The notes under the pieces are model-generated. The model saw nothing but the letters and a program-made list of their open reading frames with translations, did not search any database and was not told where the DNA came from. A DNA stretch of 64,000 nt from an uncultured Alphaproteobacteria bacterium (lineage in GTDB: Bacteria; Pseudomonadota; Alphaproteobacteria; Rhizobiales; Beijerinckiaceae): assembly GCA_963757985.1 (NCBI GenBank), contig CAVWTQ010000010.1, forward strand, positions 181,509 through 245,508, read 5' to 3'. Positions 9,185 through 20,072 of this stretch are shown in pieces. A program made the translations under genes and the position numbers. Each line of letters begins with the position of its first letter. The stretch's first letter is position 1.

Positions 9185-11264
9185 TCAGGATCGTTGGCCG
9201 CGCACCAGCGCCGTTAGGCTCTCCACATCCCGCACGGGCAAGGAGCATGTTCCTTCCGCGCACACGAAGGCGGCGGCGCTTTCCGCGCCCTCGCCCGCCA
9301 GCGCCGCTTGCGCGCGCGCCGGATGCCCTTCGGGCAAATCCCGCGGCCGGTCGAGGTCGATCACGATGCGCTCGCTGAAAGGCGCCGAAAGCGCGGCTTC
9401 GTAGAGCGGCCCCCGCGCGGACCCCGCGGTGACGATCTCCTTCGCCCGCAGCCGGAAATCGAGCGCGTTGAAAACGCCGGCATGGCCGATCGGGTTCGCC
9501 CGCACCGCGGGCGCCAGCGCGGAAAACAGCGCGTCCGCCCGCGCGAGCCATCGGGCCTCGCCGGTCAGGGCCGCAAGCCGCGCCAGCGCCGAAAGATAGA
9601 CCGGATGCGCGTTGGGGATGGCGTCGTCCGCGGTTGGCGCAAGGCGCAGGATAACGTCGCCCGCGTCGCGCGCGGACATGCACAGCAACCCTGTGCGCGG
9701 ATCGACATGCCATGCGTCCAGCGCCTCGGCCCAGCGAATAGCATCGCCGAGATAATCGCGGGGCGCGCCAGGCCCCGGCAGATTGCGCGCCTCGTGCAGC
9801 GCCAGCGCCGCCCGCATCATCGACGCGTAATCCAGCGCCAGCGCGGGCTTCACGAGCACGCCCGCGCGCCAGCTATGGGCCAGCCGCGCTTGCCCATCGC
9901 CATCCGCATATTGCAGGGTGGAGACGATGAAATCATAAGCCTTCGCCGGCGAGGCCGATCCAGCGCGGCTCGCCAAGCAGCGTGCCGGCGTTGACCAGCG
10001 CCGCGATCATCAAGCCGTTCCAGTCGGCCATGATCTTGTCGTCGAGGCCCGGATGAATCCGCTGCTCCCGCACGTCGAACAGCTTGCGCCGCAAGGGCGC
10101 GAGCCGGGCCTCTTCCTCCATCGTCGGGCGCGCCGATTCCAGACGGTTCAATATCGTGACGCCGCCCGGATAATGCGCATCGGCCCAATTGCCGATCGGC
10201 GAGGCGTTGTAGAATCGCCCAAGAAACCGCGCGTCCTCATGGCCGAGAACCGCAACGATCTCGTCCCACGTCCAGACGTAGAATTTGCCTTCGACGCCCT
10301 CGCTGTCGGCGTCGAGGCTCGCGCAGAACGCGCCGCCCGCAGCGGTCATCTCGCGCTCGATCCAACCAACCGTCTCCCGCGCGCGCGTGCGAAACAATTC
10401 GTCGCCCGTTTCATGATGCGCAAGCGCCAGCATTTCGAGAATCTGCGCATTGTCGTAGAGCATTTTTTCAAAGTGCGGCACGAGCCAGCGATCATCCGTC
10501 GAATAGCGCGCATAGCCGCCGCCGAGATGATCGTAGATGCCGCCCTCCGACATATGTTGCAGCGTGAGGCGCACGCTGGCCCTGTAGGGCGCTTCCCCGA
10601 GCCTTCCGCCCGCGCGCCACAAAAATTCGAGGATCGGCGTGTTGGGAAATTTCGGCGCGCCCTTGAGGCCGCCATCGACGCTATCCATCGCCTGCAACAG
10701 ATGCGGCGCAATCTCGTCCGCAAGCGCCAGCGAAAGCTCGCCCGCGCCGGCGCCATGCGCATCGGCCTTCGCCAGCCGCGCGCGAACGGCCTCGACATTT
10801 TTCGCGATGCGGTCCGGCTCGGCGCGGAACGCGTGCTCCACCGCGCGAAGCACGCTGACGAAGGCCGGGCGGCCGTACTGGTCCTGCTTCGGAAAATATG
10901 TCCCGCCCCAGAACGGCTCGCCTGTAGGCGTAAGGAACATCGTCATCGGCCAGCCGCCGCGCTCGCCGAACGCGTGCAGCGCCGACATATAGATATGGTC
11001 GATATCGGGCCGCTCCTCGCGATCGACCTTGATGTTGACGAAGAGCTCGTTCATCACCGCCGCGGTCGCCTCGTCCTCGAAGCTCTCATGCGCCATCACA
11101 TGGCACCAGTGGCAGGCCGCGTAGCCGACCGACAACAGGATCGGTTTGCCCTCGGCCTGCGCGTCGCGCAGCGCGGCCTCGCTCCACATCCGCCAATGGA
11201 CGGGATTATCCGCGTGCTGCAGCAGATAAGGGCTCGCGGCGTCTTTCAGTTCATTGGCGGACAT
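9185..11264 (-). CDS. Thioredoxin-domain protein, YyaL/SSP411 (DUF255) family (frameshift ~9945)
   Basis: SPYLLQHADNPV.W, GYAACHWCHVMAHESFED, VDREERPD.D, PHFEKMLYDNAQ, C-terminal VC....C.LP. Confidence 0.92.
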
Positions 11265-11377
11265 GTTCAAGCTCTCTTTCGGCGCCCGCGCAAGTCTAGC
11301 CCCGGACGGCGCGCGCGGACAGGCGAAAGCGCGCGAGCAAGACCGGCGCCGCGGCTGCGCCCGAGCCGAATGTCGCA

Positions 11378-11904
11378 TTGTTGACAATAGGCGTCCGCTG
11401 CCGGCGCCGCCGATCGTTGCGTTTGTCGTATTGGGCATCCTCTTGCCGGTCGCGGTGTACGCGTGGTCCTCCGGCTTCCTCCACTATATCGAAGCCATCG
11501 GCCCGTGCCCCCTGAGCGTCCTTCATATCTCGCGCATCGCAGTGGCGCTGCCGTTCTTCTGGTACGGCGCATACAACCTGCTTCCCGACGCCGTCGTGCG
11601 CGACGCGGGGCGCGGCGATTTCCTGGTCGGGCTTTTCGCGTTCGCCGACGTGTTGCTTCCCGAGAGCCGCAACCGCTATCTCGCCTTGCATCTCTTCGGC
11701 CTCGCGGACCTCGTCGTCGCCATTGCAACCGGCCTCATATAGATCCCGCCGAACGATCCACGCATGGACGCCATCTGCTCCCTGCCGCTCGCCTTGATCC
11801 CGCTCTACGGCGTCGGCGCCCTCGGCGCCAGTCACCTCATGGCCTTCGATCTTCTGCGCCGCGGCGTCGGCGTGAAGCCCGAGGCGAAGCGAAGCGCGGC
11901 GTGA
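11378..11904 (+). CDS. Hypothetical integral membrane protein (frameshifted, start uncertain)
   Basis: Hydrophobic ORF 11254-11742 continues in another frame as ...LPLALIPLYGVGALGASHLMAFDLL...* at 11904. Confidence 0.5.
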
Positions 11905-11913
11905 CCTCCGCAG

Positions 11914-12107
11914 CCTCATGGTGAGCGGGAGGAAGCCCGAGGCCCCAATGCGAGCGAAGCGTTTTGCGAAGCGAACACAGCTAAAGCGGGGATCGGAGAG
12001 AGCGCCGAAGGCGCGTCTCGAACCACGAGGGCGTCCCAAGGCGCGAGGTTCAGAGCTAGCGACCACATCCTTCGAGACGGCCGCTTCGCAGCCTCCTCAG
12101 GATGAGG
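11914..12107. repeat. REP-like inverted doublet, family A (left copy carries a ~75-nt insert)
   Basis: CCTCATGGTGAG...CGTCTCGAACCACGAGGG (11914-12031) and inverted copy ATCCTTCGAGACG...CTCCTCAGGATGAGG (12067-12107). Confidence 0.9.
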
Positions 12108-12198
12108 CGGGCGTAGTTTCGGCGGTGTACAACATTCCTTATCGCGAAGCGAGGCAGGCACCCAACAAGCTCGGAGATGCAACATGCCTCATAGAAGC

Positions 12199-12373
12199 GG
12201 CCATGCTGGCCAAGCTATCCCATTCATCGCACGGCCGACCCGAGCGCATCTGGATTTTGAAGTCAAGGACGCGCCAAAGGCGCGCCGCCTCTGGCGGTCG
12301 CAGATCCTTGAGTTCAAAATGCAGATGCGCTTTCCTGCCGCCAATCGATGAATGAATAACTCCGCGCTTGCGC
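12199..12373. repeat. ~175-bp structured repeat, family B, copy 1
   Basis: Clearly similar to the reverse complement of 52718-52892; internal inverted repeat GCGCATC..GATTTTGAAGTCAAGGA / TCCTTGAGTTCAAAAT..GATGCGC. Confidence 0.85.
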
Positions 12374-12390
12374 GTAAGGTAGGCGGGGAG

Positions 12391-12762
12391 CTATTTAACG
12401 AATTCGCTACCCAGTTGCCGACCGGAATTTAGGTCGATGCGAATCTTGTATCCACTCCAAGTTCGGGCCGACAAACTATCGTGCTCCGAGCGCATATCAA
12501 CGAATGAATCTGGTATGCCGGGCAGATCAGCGAACCACTTCGGCGCACCGTCGCGTCCGATCCGGAGAAGATTCTTGAAAACAGACTGCTTACAGGCTTC
12601 AGGATCGAGGAGCAGTACGCACTCATCGCCTCCTGCCACCGGGAGAGCAGCCCTTATCGGGGTTCCATTGTAGGTTCCTTCCCAGCCGAATGATCCGTTT
12701 TCGTTCAGGAGAACTCTCAGGCCAAGAGATGGTGAGCAGAAGATTTCAATACACACGCTCAA
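12391..12762 (-). CDS. Hypothetical protein, lower GC than neighbours
   Basis: Intact 123-aa ORF with AGGAAGGA RBS-like sequence upstream; ends TWSGYKIRIDLNSGRQLGSEFVK. Confidence 0.6.
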   Translation of the reverse strand: MSVCIEIFCSPSLGLRVLLNENGSFGWEGTYNGTPIRAALPVAGGDECVLLLDPEACKQSVFKNLLRIGRDGAPKWFADLPGIPDSFVDMRSEHDSLSARTWSGYKIRIDLNSGRQLGSEFVK

Positions 12763-12992
12763 TGTCCTTCCTCGTGTGGCAGCGATTTACTGGGACCAAG
12801 ATTACGACTCCGATGTTCCTCAGGCCGGCTTCTCGGCCTCGATGCGCACGGCGATATCGCGGGACGCGTTGCGTTATATAACGTCTCTACAGTGAGCGCC
12901 CCCGCTCCTTGATGCGCCGCGCCGGGAAGGGCATCGTACGCTTACTATAAAGTGACGAAAAGATTGCTCGCGATTGACCAAAGGATAATCGC

Positions 12993-14323
12993 ATCATCAG
13001 CGCCGCGCCAGACACCATCTTCGCCTTCAGCTCCGGCGCCGGCCGCGCCGCGATCGCGGTTCTACGCCTGTCCGGCCCCGCGACGCCCTATATTATAAAG
13101 AGTATGGCGGGGCGCCTGCCCGAGCCTCGCGCCGCGACGCTCGCGACATTGAAAGACCCGGCGACGGGCGAGGCGATCGACTCCGGGCTGGTCCTTTTCT
13201 TTCCCGCGCCACGCAGCTTCACCGGCGAGGATTGCGCGGAATTCCACATCCACGGCGGGCGCGCCGTCGCCCAGCGCCTGATTACGACGCTCGCCGGATT
13301 TCCCGGAACCCGCGCGGCGGAGCCCGGCGAATTCACGCGCCGCGCGCTGCTCAACGGCAAGCTCGATCTCGTCGAGGTCGAGGGGCTCGGCGATCTGATC
13401 GAAGCGGAGACCGAATGGCAGCGCCGCCAGGCCTTGCGCCAGATGCAGGGGAGCCTCAGCCGCGCGGCCGAGCGCTGGCGCGCCGCGCTGCTCGAGGCCG
13501 CCGCGCTGGTCGAGGCCGAGATCGATTTTCCCGACGAGGGCGACGTGCCGCAGGCGCCGAGCCGACGCGTCGGCGCGCTGGTGCGGCCCGTGCTTCAGTC
13601 TCTCAAAGCCGAGCTTGCCGCCGGGGCCGCGGGCGAGCGCATCCGCGACGGCGTCACAATCGTGATCGCGGGGCCGCCCAACGCCGGCAAATCGACGCTG
13701 ATGAACGCGCTGGCCCGCCGCGACGTCGCGATCGTCTCGCAAATCGCCGGGACCACGCGGGACGCCATCGAGGTCCATCTTGATCTTGGCGGCTGCGCGG
13801 CGACGCTGATCGACACGGCAGGCTTGCGGGAAAGCAGGGACGCGATCGAACTTGCCGGGATCGCGCGCGCGGTTGAGAAGGCGAAGAATGCCGATCTGGT
13901 GCTGTGGCTGAGCGAGGCGGGGCGCCCGTCGAGCCGGATGTAAGATTGGGGCCGGGGGCCATCTGGCGGATCTCGACAAAATGCGATCTGGCGCCGGCGG
14001 AGCCCGGAATCGCGGCGCACGCGCTGGCGATCAGCGCGGAAACCGGGCAAAATCTCGATAAGCTGTTGAAAGACATGGCTGATTTTGCCTCTTCGGCGAG
14101 CGGGGGCGGGCACGCGGGCCTGATCACGCGGGAGCGGCACCGCAAGGCTTTCGCCGCCGCGGCCGAGGCCCTCGCGCGGATCGAGGCCGAGCCGGATGCG
14201 CCGGTCGAAATTCTGGCGGAGGATTTGCGCGCCGCGCTATTCGCGCTGGAGCGGCTGATCGGGCGCGTCGACGTCGAGGACATTCTGGGCGACATCTTTT
14301 CGCGCTTCTGCATCGGGAAATAG
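12993..14323 (+). CDS. mnmE: tRNA modification GTPase MnmE (frameshift ~13930; no canonical start seen)
   Basis: DTIFAFSSG.GRAAIAVLRLSGP, PRSFTGED, GPPNAGKSTL, GTTRD, DTAGLR, IFSRFCIGK. Confidence 0.95.
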
Positions 14324-14343
14324 CCGCCGCGCCGACAGGGGGG

Positions 14344-14683
14344 TGTTTCACGTGAAACACCCCCCGCACGCTGTTTCACGTGAAACACCCCCCGACGACC
14401 AAGGCGCACTCTGAGCCTCGTGGCCGCTCGGGATCGCGGAACGGCGGCGGGGGCGCGGGGGTGTTTCACGTGAAACACCCCCCGGAGCAGCGATGACTGC
14501 CGCGCGACCGGGGCGCGTCGCTTAGAGCGCCAGGCCCGTCGAAGGTGTTTCACGTGAAACACCCCCCCTGTTTCACGTGAAACACCCTGCGCGACGATGC
14601 GCTGGAAAAGACGCGCCTCATGCGTTAAAAGGCGGCGGGGGGTGTTTCACGTGAAACACCCTGACCCTGTTTCACGTGAAACA
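14344..14683. other. parS centromere cluster: 7 perfect TGTTTCACGTGAAACA sites
   Basis: Copies start at 14344, 14372, 14462, 14546, 14569, 14643 and 14668; canonical parS palindrome between mnmE and mnmG, upstream of parAB. Confidence 0.95.
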
Positions 14684-14714
14684 CCCCCAATGGACCCCGG
14701 TGGAGTTCGAGGCG

Positions 14715-16587
14715 ATGCGCGCATTTGACGTCATCGTGGTCGGCGGCGGCCATGCCGGCTGCGAGGCCGCGGCCGCCGCCGCGCGCATGGGCGCCCGCAC
14801 CGCCCTCCTCACCCATTGCAGCCGCCACGATCGGCGCGATGTCGTGCAATCCGGCCATCGGCGGACTCGGCAAGGGCCATCTCGTCCGTGAGATCGACGC
14901 GCTCGACGGCCTGATGGGGCGCGTCGCGGACGCGGCCGGCATCCAGTTCCGCGTCCTCAATCGCGCCAAAGGTCCCGCCGTGCGCGGCCCACGCGCGCAG
15001 GCCGACCGCCGCCTCTACCGTGAAGCCATGCAGGCCGCGATCCGGTCGACCGCCGACCTCACGCTTCTTGAAGGCGAAGCCGCCGACCTGTCGATCAAAG
15101 ATGGCCGCGTCGCGGGGCTGGTCACCAGCGACGGGCGCGCCTACGCCGCCCCCGCCGTCGTCATCACCACAGGCACCTTTCTGCGCGGCCTGATCCACCG
15201 CGGGGCGACGACGATCCCGGCCGGCCGGATCGGCGAGGCGCCGGCCGTCCGCCTTGGCGCGACCCTCGAGGCGCTGGGCTTTCGCATGGGGCGGCTCAAA
15301 ACCGGCACGCCGCCGCGGCTCGATGGCGACACCATCGACTGGGCCGCGCTCGAACGCCAAAGCGCCGACGACGAGCCGGAACCTTTCTCGTTTTTGACCA
15401 AAGCCATCGCAAACCGCCAGGTCGATTGCTTCATCACCCACACGACGGCTGAGACGCACGCGGTCATCCGCGACAATATCGGGCAGTCGGCCGTCTATTC
15501 CGGCGCCATCGCCGGGCGGGGCCCACGCTATTGTCCCTCGATCGAGGACAAGGTCGTGCGCTTCGGCGAGCGCGAATCGCACCAGATCTTTCTGGAGCCG
15601 GAAGGCCTCGACGACCGCACCATCTATCCCAACGGAATCTCGACCTCGCTGCCGGAAGACATCCAGCAGCGCTTCCTCGCCACCATTCCGGGCCTCGCCA
15701 GGGTCGCCATCTTACAGCCCGGCTACGCAATCGAGTATGATTTCATCGATCCGCGCGAGCTCAAGACGAGCCTTGAGGCCAAGCGCCTGCCGGGGCTGTT
15801 CCTCGCCGGCCAGATCAACGGCACGACCGGCTATGAGGAGGCGGCCGCCCAGGGCCTCGTCGCCGGCCTCAACGCCGCCGCGCTCGCCGGCGGCGCGGCT
15901 CCGATCGCCTTCGAACGCTCGGACGCCTATATCGGCGTGATGATCGACGATCTTACAAATCGCGGCGTCACCGAGCCCTATCGCATGTTCACCTCGCGCG
16001 CCGAGTACCGCCTGTCGCTGCGCGCCGACAACGCCGACCAGCGGCTGACCGGGCGCGGCGTCGACATCGGCTGCGTCGGCTCCGAGCGCCGCGCCGCCTT
16101 CGCGGCCAAAACCGGCGCCTTGCAGGGCGCCCGGACCCTTCTGCAACGTTTCAGCCTCACCCCGAACGAGGCGGCGCGCGATGGCCTCAAGATCAATCAG
16201 GATGGCCTGCGCCGCAGCGCCTTTGACCTTCTCGCCTTGCCCGACGCGACGATTGAATCCTTGAGGCGTATCTGGCCGGAGCTTGGCGCGATCGAGCCGA
16301 AAATCGCGGCGCAGATCGAGATCGACGCCAAATATGCGGTCTATCTCGACCGCCAGGCGAAGGACATAGAGGCCGCGAGGCGCGACGAGGCCCTGACCAT
16401 CCCGGAGGCGCTGGATTATCGCCTGCTGCCGGGGCTTTCCAGCGAGATCCGCGCAAAGCTGGAGCTGATCCGGCCGCGCACAATGGCGCAGGCCGGCCGC
16501 ATCGAGGGAATGACGCCCGCTGCCATGACGCTGCTCGCGTCGAAAGTCCGGCGCGCCGCGACCAAGCCTCCCGCCGAGGCGCTTTGA
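14715..16587 (+). CDS. mnmG: tRNA uridine-5-carboxymethylaminomethyl(34) synthesis enzyme MnmG/GidA (frameshift ~14815)
   Basis: [65 protein letters not shown]. Confidence 0.97.
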
Positions 16588-17235
16588 GCCGCGACGCAAA
16601 TCCGCCTTCCGGCCCCGCCGCACATCCCCTTTTGCAGCGCATCCCGCCGGCGATGCTGGAGCGCCTCAGGATTTACGAGGCCCTGCTGCGCAAATGGCAG
16701 CGCACCATCAATCTTGTCGGACCGACAACTCTCGACGCCATCTGGATTCGCCACTTCGCTGATTCTATTCAGGTTTCCGACGCGGCGCCGGAAGCGCGCC
16801 GCTGGCTCGATCTTGGCTCCGGCGCGGGCTTTCCGGGCCTCGTCACCGCCATCCGTTACGCCGACGACCCAACGGCCGCCGTGCACCTCATCGAATCCGA
16901 TCAGCGCAAATGCGCATTTTTGGGGGGTGTTTCACGTGAAACAGGGGCGCGGGCGATTATTCATTGCGGCCGCATCGAAGCAATCCTGCCCGAACTCGAC
17001 GCGCCGATCGAGGCGATCAGCGCCCGCGCCCTGGCGCCGCTGCCGGTCCTCCTCGATTATGCGGGAAAACTGATCGAAAACGGCGCCACAGGCGTATTTT
17101 CCAAGGGAGAACAAGCTGAAGCGGAATTGACCGATTCGAGGCTGACCGATAGATTTTCAATCACGAGTTCTGGCGAGCCGGACGTCGCCTTTGGCGCGTA
17201 TTCTCGTCGTCAGGCGCCGGCCTGACTTGGACTAG
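16584..17235 (+). CDS. rsmG: 16S rRNA m7G527 methyltransferase RsmG/GidB (frameshift near 3' end)
   Basis: [31 protein letters not shown]; follows mnmG. Confidence 0.93.
16928..16943. other. Eighth parS site inside rsmG
   Basis: TGTTTCACGTGAAACA read in frame as V-S-R-E-T. Confidence 0.9.
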
Positions 17236-17303
17236 CCGCATTTGGCTCTGGCCCGCGCCCGCGTGAAGATACTATCCTCTTGTTTTTACAGGTAAATAGC
17301 CAG

Positions 17304-18227
17304 ATGTCGGCTCCTTTCCTGAAAGCGCGCGCGAGAGTCGGGCCAGGCCCCGACCCCGAGCCGCCGGTCCCGCCCGCCCCGCCGGCGCCCAGCGCGGGGC
17401 TGCGGGTGATCGTGCTTGCGAATCAAAAGGGCGGCGTGGGAAAAACGACCACGGCGATCAATCTTGGCACCGCGCTGGCCGCAATCGGCGAACATGTTCT
17501 CATTATCGATCTCGATCCGCAGGGCAACGCCTCGACTGGCCTTGGCATCGAGCGCCGCAATCGCAAGCTCTCGACCTATGACGTTATGGTCGGGACCGAG
17601 CCGCTGCACGCGGTGATTCAGGCGACGATCGTGCCCCGACTCTCGATCGCGCCGTCAACGCTCGATCTTCTCGGCGTCGAACTGGAAATCGCCAGCCGCA
17701 GGGACCGCGCCCATTGCCTGCGGGCGGCCATGCAGGCCTTCGCCGCCGAGCAGAAGGACCAGCCGGAGGCGGAGCGCTTCACCTATGTGCTGATCGATTG
17801 CCCGCCGTCGCTGAATCTTCTCACCATGAACGCCATGACGGCGGCCGATAGCGTCCTCGTGCCGCTGCAATGCGAATTCTTCGCGCTCGAAGGCCTCTCG
17901 CAGCTTCTGGCGACGGTCGATCAGGTGCGCACCAACTTAAATCCCGCGCTGACCATCCACGGCATTGTGCTGACCATGTTCGATTCGCGCAACAGCCTCG
18001 CCTCGCAGGTCGTCGCCGACGTGCGCGGCTTCATGGGCGACAAGGTCTATCAGACGGTCATTCCGCGCAACGTCCGCGTCTCCGAGGCGCCCTCGCACGG
18101 CAAGCCGGTCCTTCTCTACGATCTGAAATGCAGCGGCAGTCAGGCCTATCTGAAACTTGCGTCGGAACTGATCCAGCGCGAGCGGGCTTTCCGCGCCGTC
18201 GCGCCTTTGGAAAGCGAAACATCATGA
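17304..18227 (+). CDS. parA: Chromosome partitioning ATPase ParA
   Basis: NQKGGVGKTTT, DLDPQGNASTG, IDCPPSL, QCEFFALEGL, IPRNVRVSEAPSHG. Confidence 0.96.
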   Translation: MSAPFLKARARVGPGPDPEPPVPPAPPAPSAGLRVIVLANQKGGVGKTTTAINLGTALAAIGEHVLIIDLDPQGNASTGLGIERRNRKLSTYDVMVGTEPLHAVIQATIVPRLSIAPSTLDLLGVELEIASRRDRAHCLRAAMQAFAAEQKDQPEAERFTYVLIDCPPSLNLLTMNAMTAADSVLVPLQCEFFALEGLSQLLATVDQVRTNLNPALTIHGIVLTMFDSRNSLASQVVADVRGFMGDKVYQTVIPRNVRVSEAPSHGKPVLLYDLKCSGSQAYLKLASELIQRERAFRAVAPLESETS

Positions 18228-19105
18228 GCGCATCGAAATCGACCGAGGAGGCGCGCCCGCGCCTCGGACGCGGCCTCGCCGCCCTGATCGGCGACAGCGA
18301 AGACGCCGTGAGCGCGCCGGCGAAGGGACAAAAGAAGATCCCCATCGAATTCCTGCGGCCGAACCCACGCAATCCGCGCAAGAGTTTCGACGAGATCGAT
18401 CTCGACGAACTCGCCGCCTCGGTGAAGGAGAAGGGCATTCTGCAGCCCATTCTCGCCCGCCCCGCGCCCGGCCTTGCCGACGCCTATGAGATCATCGCCG
18501 GCGAGCGGCGCTGGCGCGCGGCGCAGCGGGCGGGCCTGCACGAGGTGCCGATCATCGTCGTCGAGGCCGACGACAGGCAGGCGCTGGAGCTTGCCATCAT
18601 CGAGAACGTCCAGCGCAGCGATTTGAATCCGCTGGAGGAGGCCTCCGGCTATGAGCGCCTCGGCACGGAATTCAAATATTCGCATGGCGACGTCGCCAAG
18701 GTGATCGGCAAGAGCCGCAGCCATGTGGCGAACTCCCTGCGGCTTTTGAAGCTGCCGGATCTGACGCGCCGCATGCTGGCCGAGGGGCATATTTCCGCCG
18801 GCCACGCGCGGGCGCTGCTCGCGGCGCCGGACCCGGACGCGCTGGCGGTGAAGATCGCGGCGCAGGGCCTCTCCGTGCGCGACGTCGAGGGGATTTTGCA
18901 GACCGACGCCGAGGGCGGCAAGCCCAAGACCTCGCATAAGGCGAAGGAGAAGGACGTCAACACGCGCTCGCTGGAGACCTCGCTTTCGGTCGGGCTCGGG
19001 CTGAAAGTGACGATTGTGGGGACCGGGGAGCGCGGCGAATTGCGCGTGGCGTATAAAACGCTGGAGCAGCTTGACGGGCTGATCCAGCGGCTGCATCCGG
19101 CGTAG
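18224..19105 (+). CDS. parB: Chromosome partitioning protein ParB
   Basis: LGRGLAAL, GILQPI, IIAGERRWRAA, IIENVQR.DL, HTH GKSRSHVAN.LRLL. Confidence 0.96.
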   Translation: MSASKSTEEARPRLGRGLAALIGDSEDAVSAPAKGQKKIPIEFLRPNPRNPRKSFDEIDLDELAASVKEKGILQPILARPAPGLADAYEIIAGERRWRAAQRAGLHEVPIIVVEADDRQALELAIIENVQRSDLNPLEEASGYERLGTEFKYSHGDVAKVIGKSRSHVANSLRLLKLPDLTRRMLAEGHISAGHARALLAAPDPDALAVKIAAQGLSVRDVEGILQTDAEGGKPKTSHKAKEKDVNTRSLETSLSVGLGLKVTIVGTGERGELRVAYKTLEQLDGLIQRLHPA

Positions 19106-19136
19106 GGTGGCGTCGGCCGCTTTTGGGAGCCTTAAG

Positions 19137-19339
19137 CCCTCATGGTGAGCGGAAGGAAGCCCGAGGTTCCAGTTGCGAGCGGAGCGGTTCTCGAGGCGAA
19201 CGCGATGGAAGCCGGCGACCGGAGAGAGATCGCGGCGCGATTGTCTCGAAACACGAGGGCGGCGCAGGAAGCGCGTGGGGTTTTGCGCCTTGGCCCCATC
19301 CTTCGAGACGGGCGCTTTGCGCCCTCCTCAGGATGAGGG
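19137..19339. repeat. REP-like inverted doublet, family A (left copy with ~75-nt insert)
   Basis: CCCTCATGGTGAG...GTCTCGAAACACGAGGG and inverted CCCCATCCTTCGAGACG...CTCCTCAGGATGAGGG just after the parB stop. Confidence 0.9.
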
Positions 19340-19436
19340 AGCGGCAAAACGTCCATCGTAAGATGTTATTTGCATGCAATTTAATTGTACGCAATTTACT
19401 TGTTTACTGATCACATTGAATTGGCATGCATGTATG

Positions 19437-19465
19437 CTTGACGTAACACGTCAAGAGATTATCAT
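19437..19465 (+). promoter_or_regulatory. higBA promoter/operator
   Basis: Perfect palindrome CTTGACGT-AAC-ACGTCAAG over a TTGACG -35; TATCAT -10 at 19460-19465. Confidence 0.6.
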
Positions 19466-19471
19466 GGCCCG

Positions 19472-19756
19472 ATGATCCTGAGCTACCGCGACAAGCGGAC
19501 CGAAGCGTTCGCGCGCGGCGAATTCGTCAGAGCGTTTCAGGGTTTCGAGCGGCAGGCCTATAAACGCCTCGAAATTCTCGACGCCGCCTCCGGGCTTCAG
19601 GATTTACGGGCTTTGCCCAGCAACCGTCTCGAAGGCCTTAAAGGCGACCGGGCTGGCCAGTTCAGCATCCGCATCAACAGCCAATGGCGGATCTGCTTTG
19701 TCTGGCCTGAAGCCGCAACCGGCCCGTCGGATGTGGAAATCATTGACTATCATTAA
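19472..19756 (+). CDS. higB: HigB (RelE/ParE-family, plasmid-killer type) toxin
   Basis: MI.S..DK.T, PSNRLEGLKGDR.GQFSIRIN.QWRICF.W, VEIIDYH. Confidence 0.9.
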   Translation: MILSYRDKRTEAFARGEFVRAFQGFERQAYKRLEILDAASGLQDLRALPSNRLEGLKGDRAGQFSIRINSQWRICFVWPEAATGPSDVEIIDYH

Positions 19757-19766
19757 AGAGGAAACC

Positions 19767-20069
19767 GTGCCGCGACCCGCCATCCACCCGGGAGAAATCC
19801 TAGCCGACGAGCTGGCCGAGCTTGGCGTCACGCCGACCGCGCTTTCGCGTCAGATCAATGTGCCGGCCAATCGCGTGACGCAGATCATTCATGGCCGTCG
19901 CGGCGTCACCGGCGACACCGCCCTGCGTCTGGCGCATTGGTTCGGCACGAGCGCGCAGTTCTGGCTCAACCTGCAAAGCGCCTATGACATCCGCCTCGCC
20001 GAGGAGAGAGCGGGATCCGAAATCGCGCGGCTGCCGACGCGACCCACGGAACGGGTCGGCGACCCCTAG
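19767..20069 (+). CDS. higA: HigA antitoxin
   Basis: IHPGEIL, HTH, R.VT.DTALRL..FGTSAQFWLNLQ..YD. Confidence 0.9.
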   Translation: MPRPAIHPGEILADELAELGVTPTALSRQINVPANRVTQIIHGRRGVTGDTALRLAHWFGTSAQFWLNLQSAYDIRLAEERAGSEIARLPTRPTERVGDP

Positions 20070-20072
20070 CGC

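Noticed and set aside
11918-12355. ORFs read through repeats (11918-12355, 19142-19336, 52562-52898)
   Set aside because: Translations of REP/family B sequence with no independent coding evidence
14344-14683. Repeat cluster as a CRISPR array
   Set aside because: 16-bp parS palindrome with irregular 7-74 bp gaps, no cas genes, adjacent to parAB
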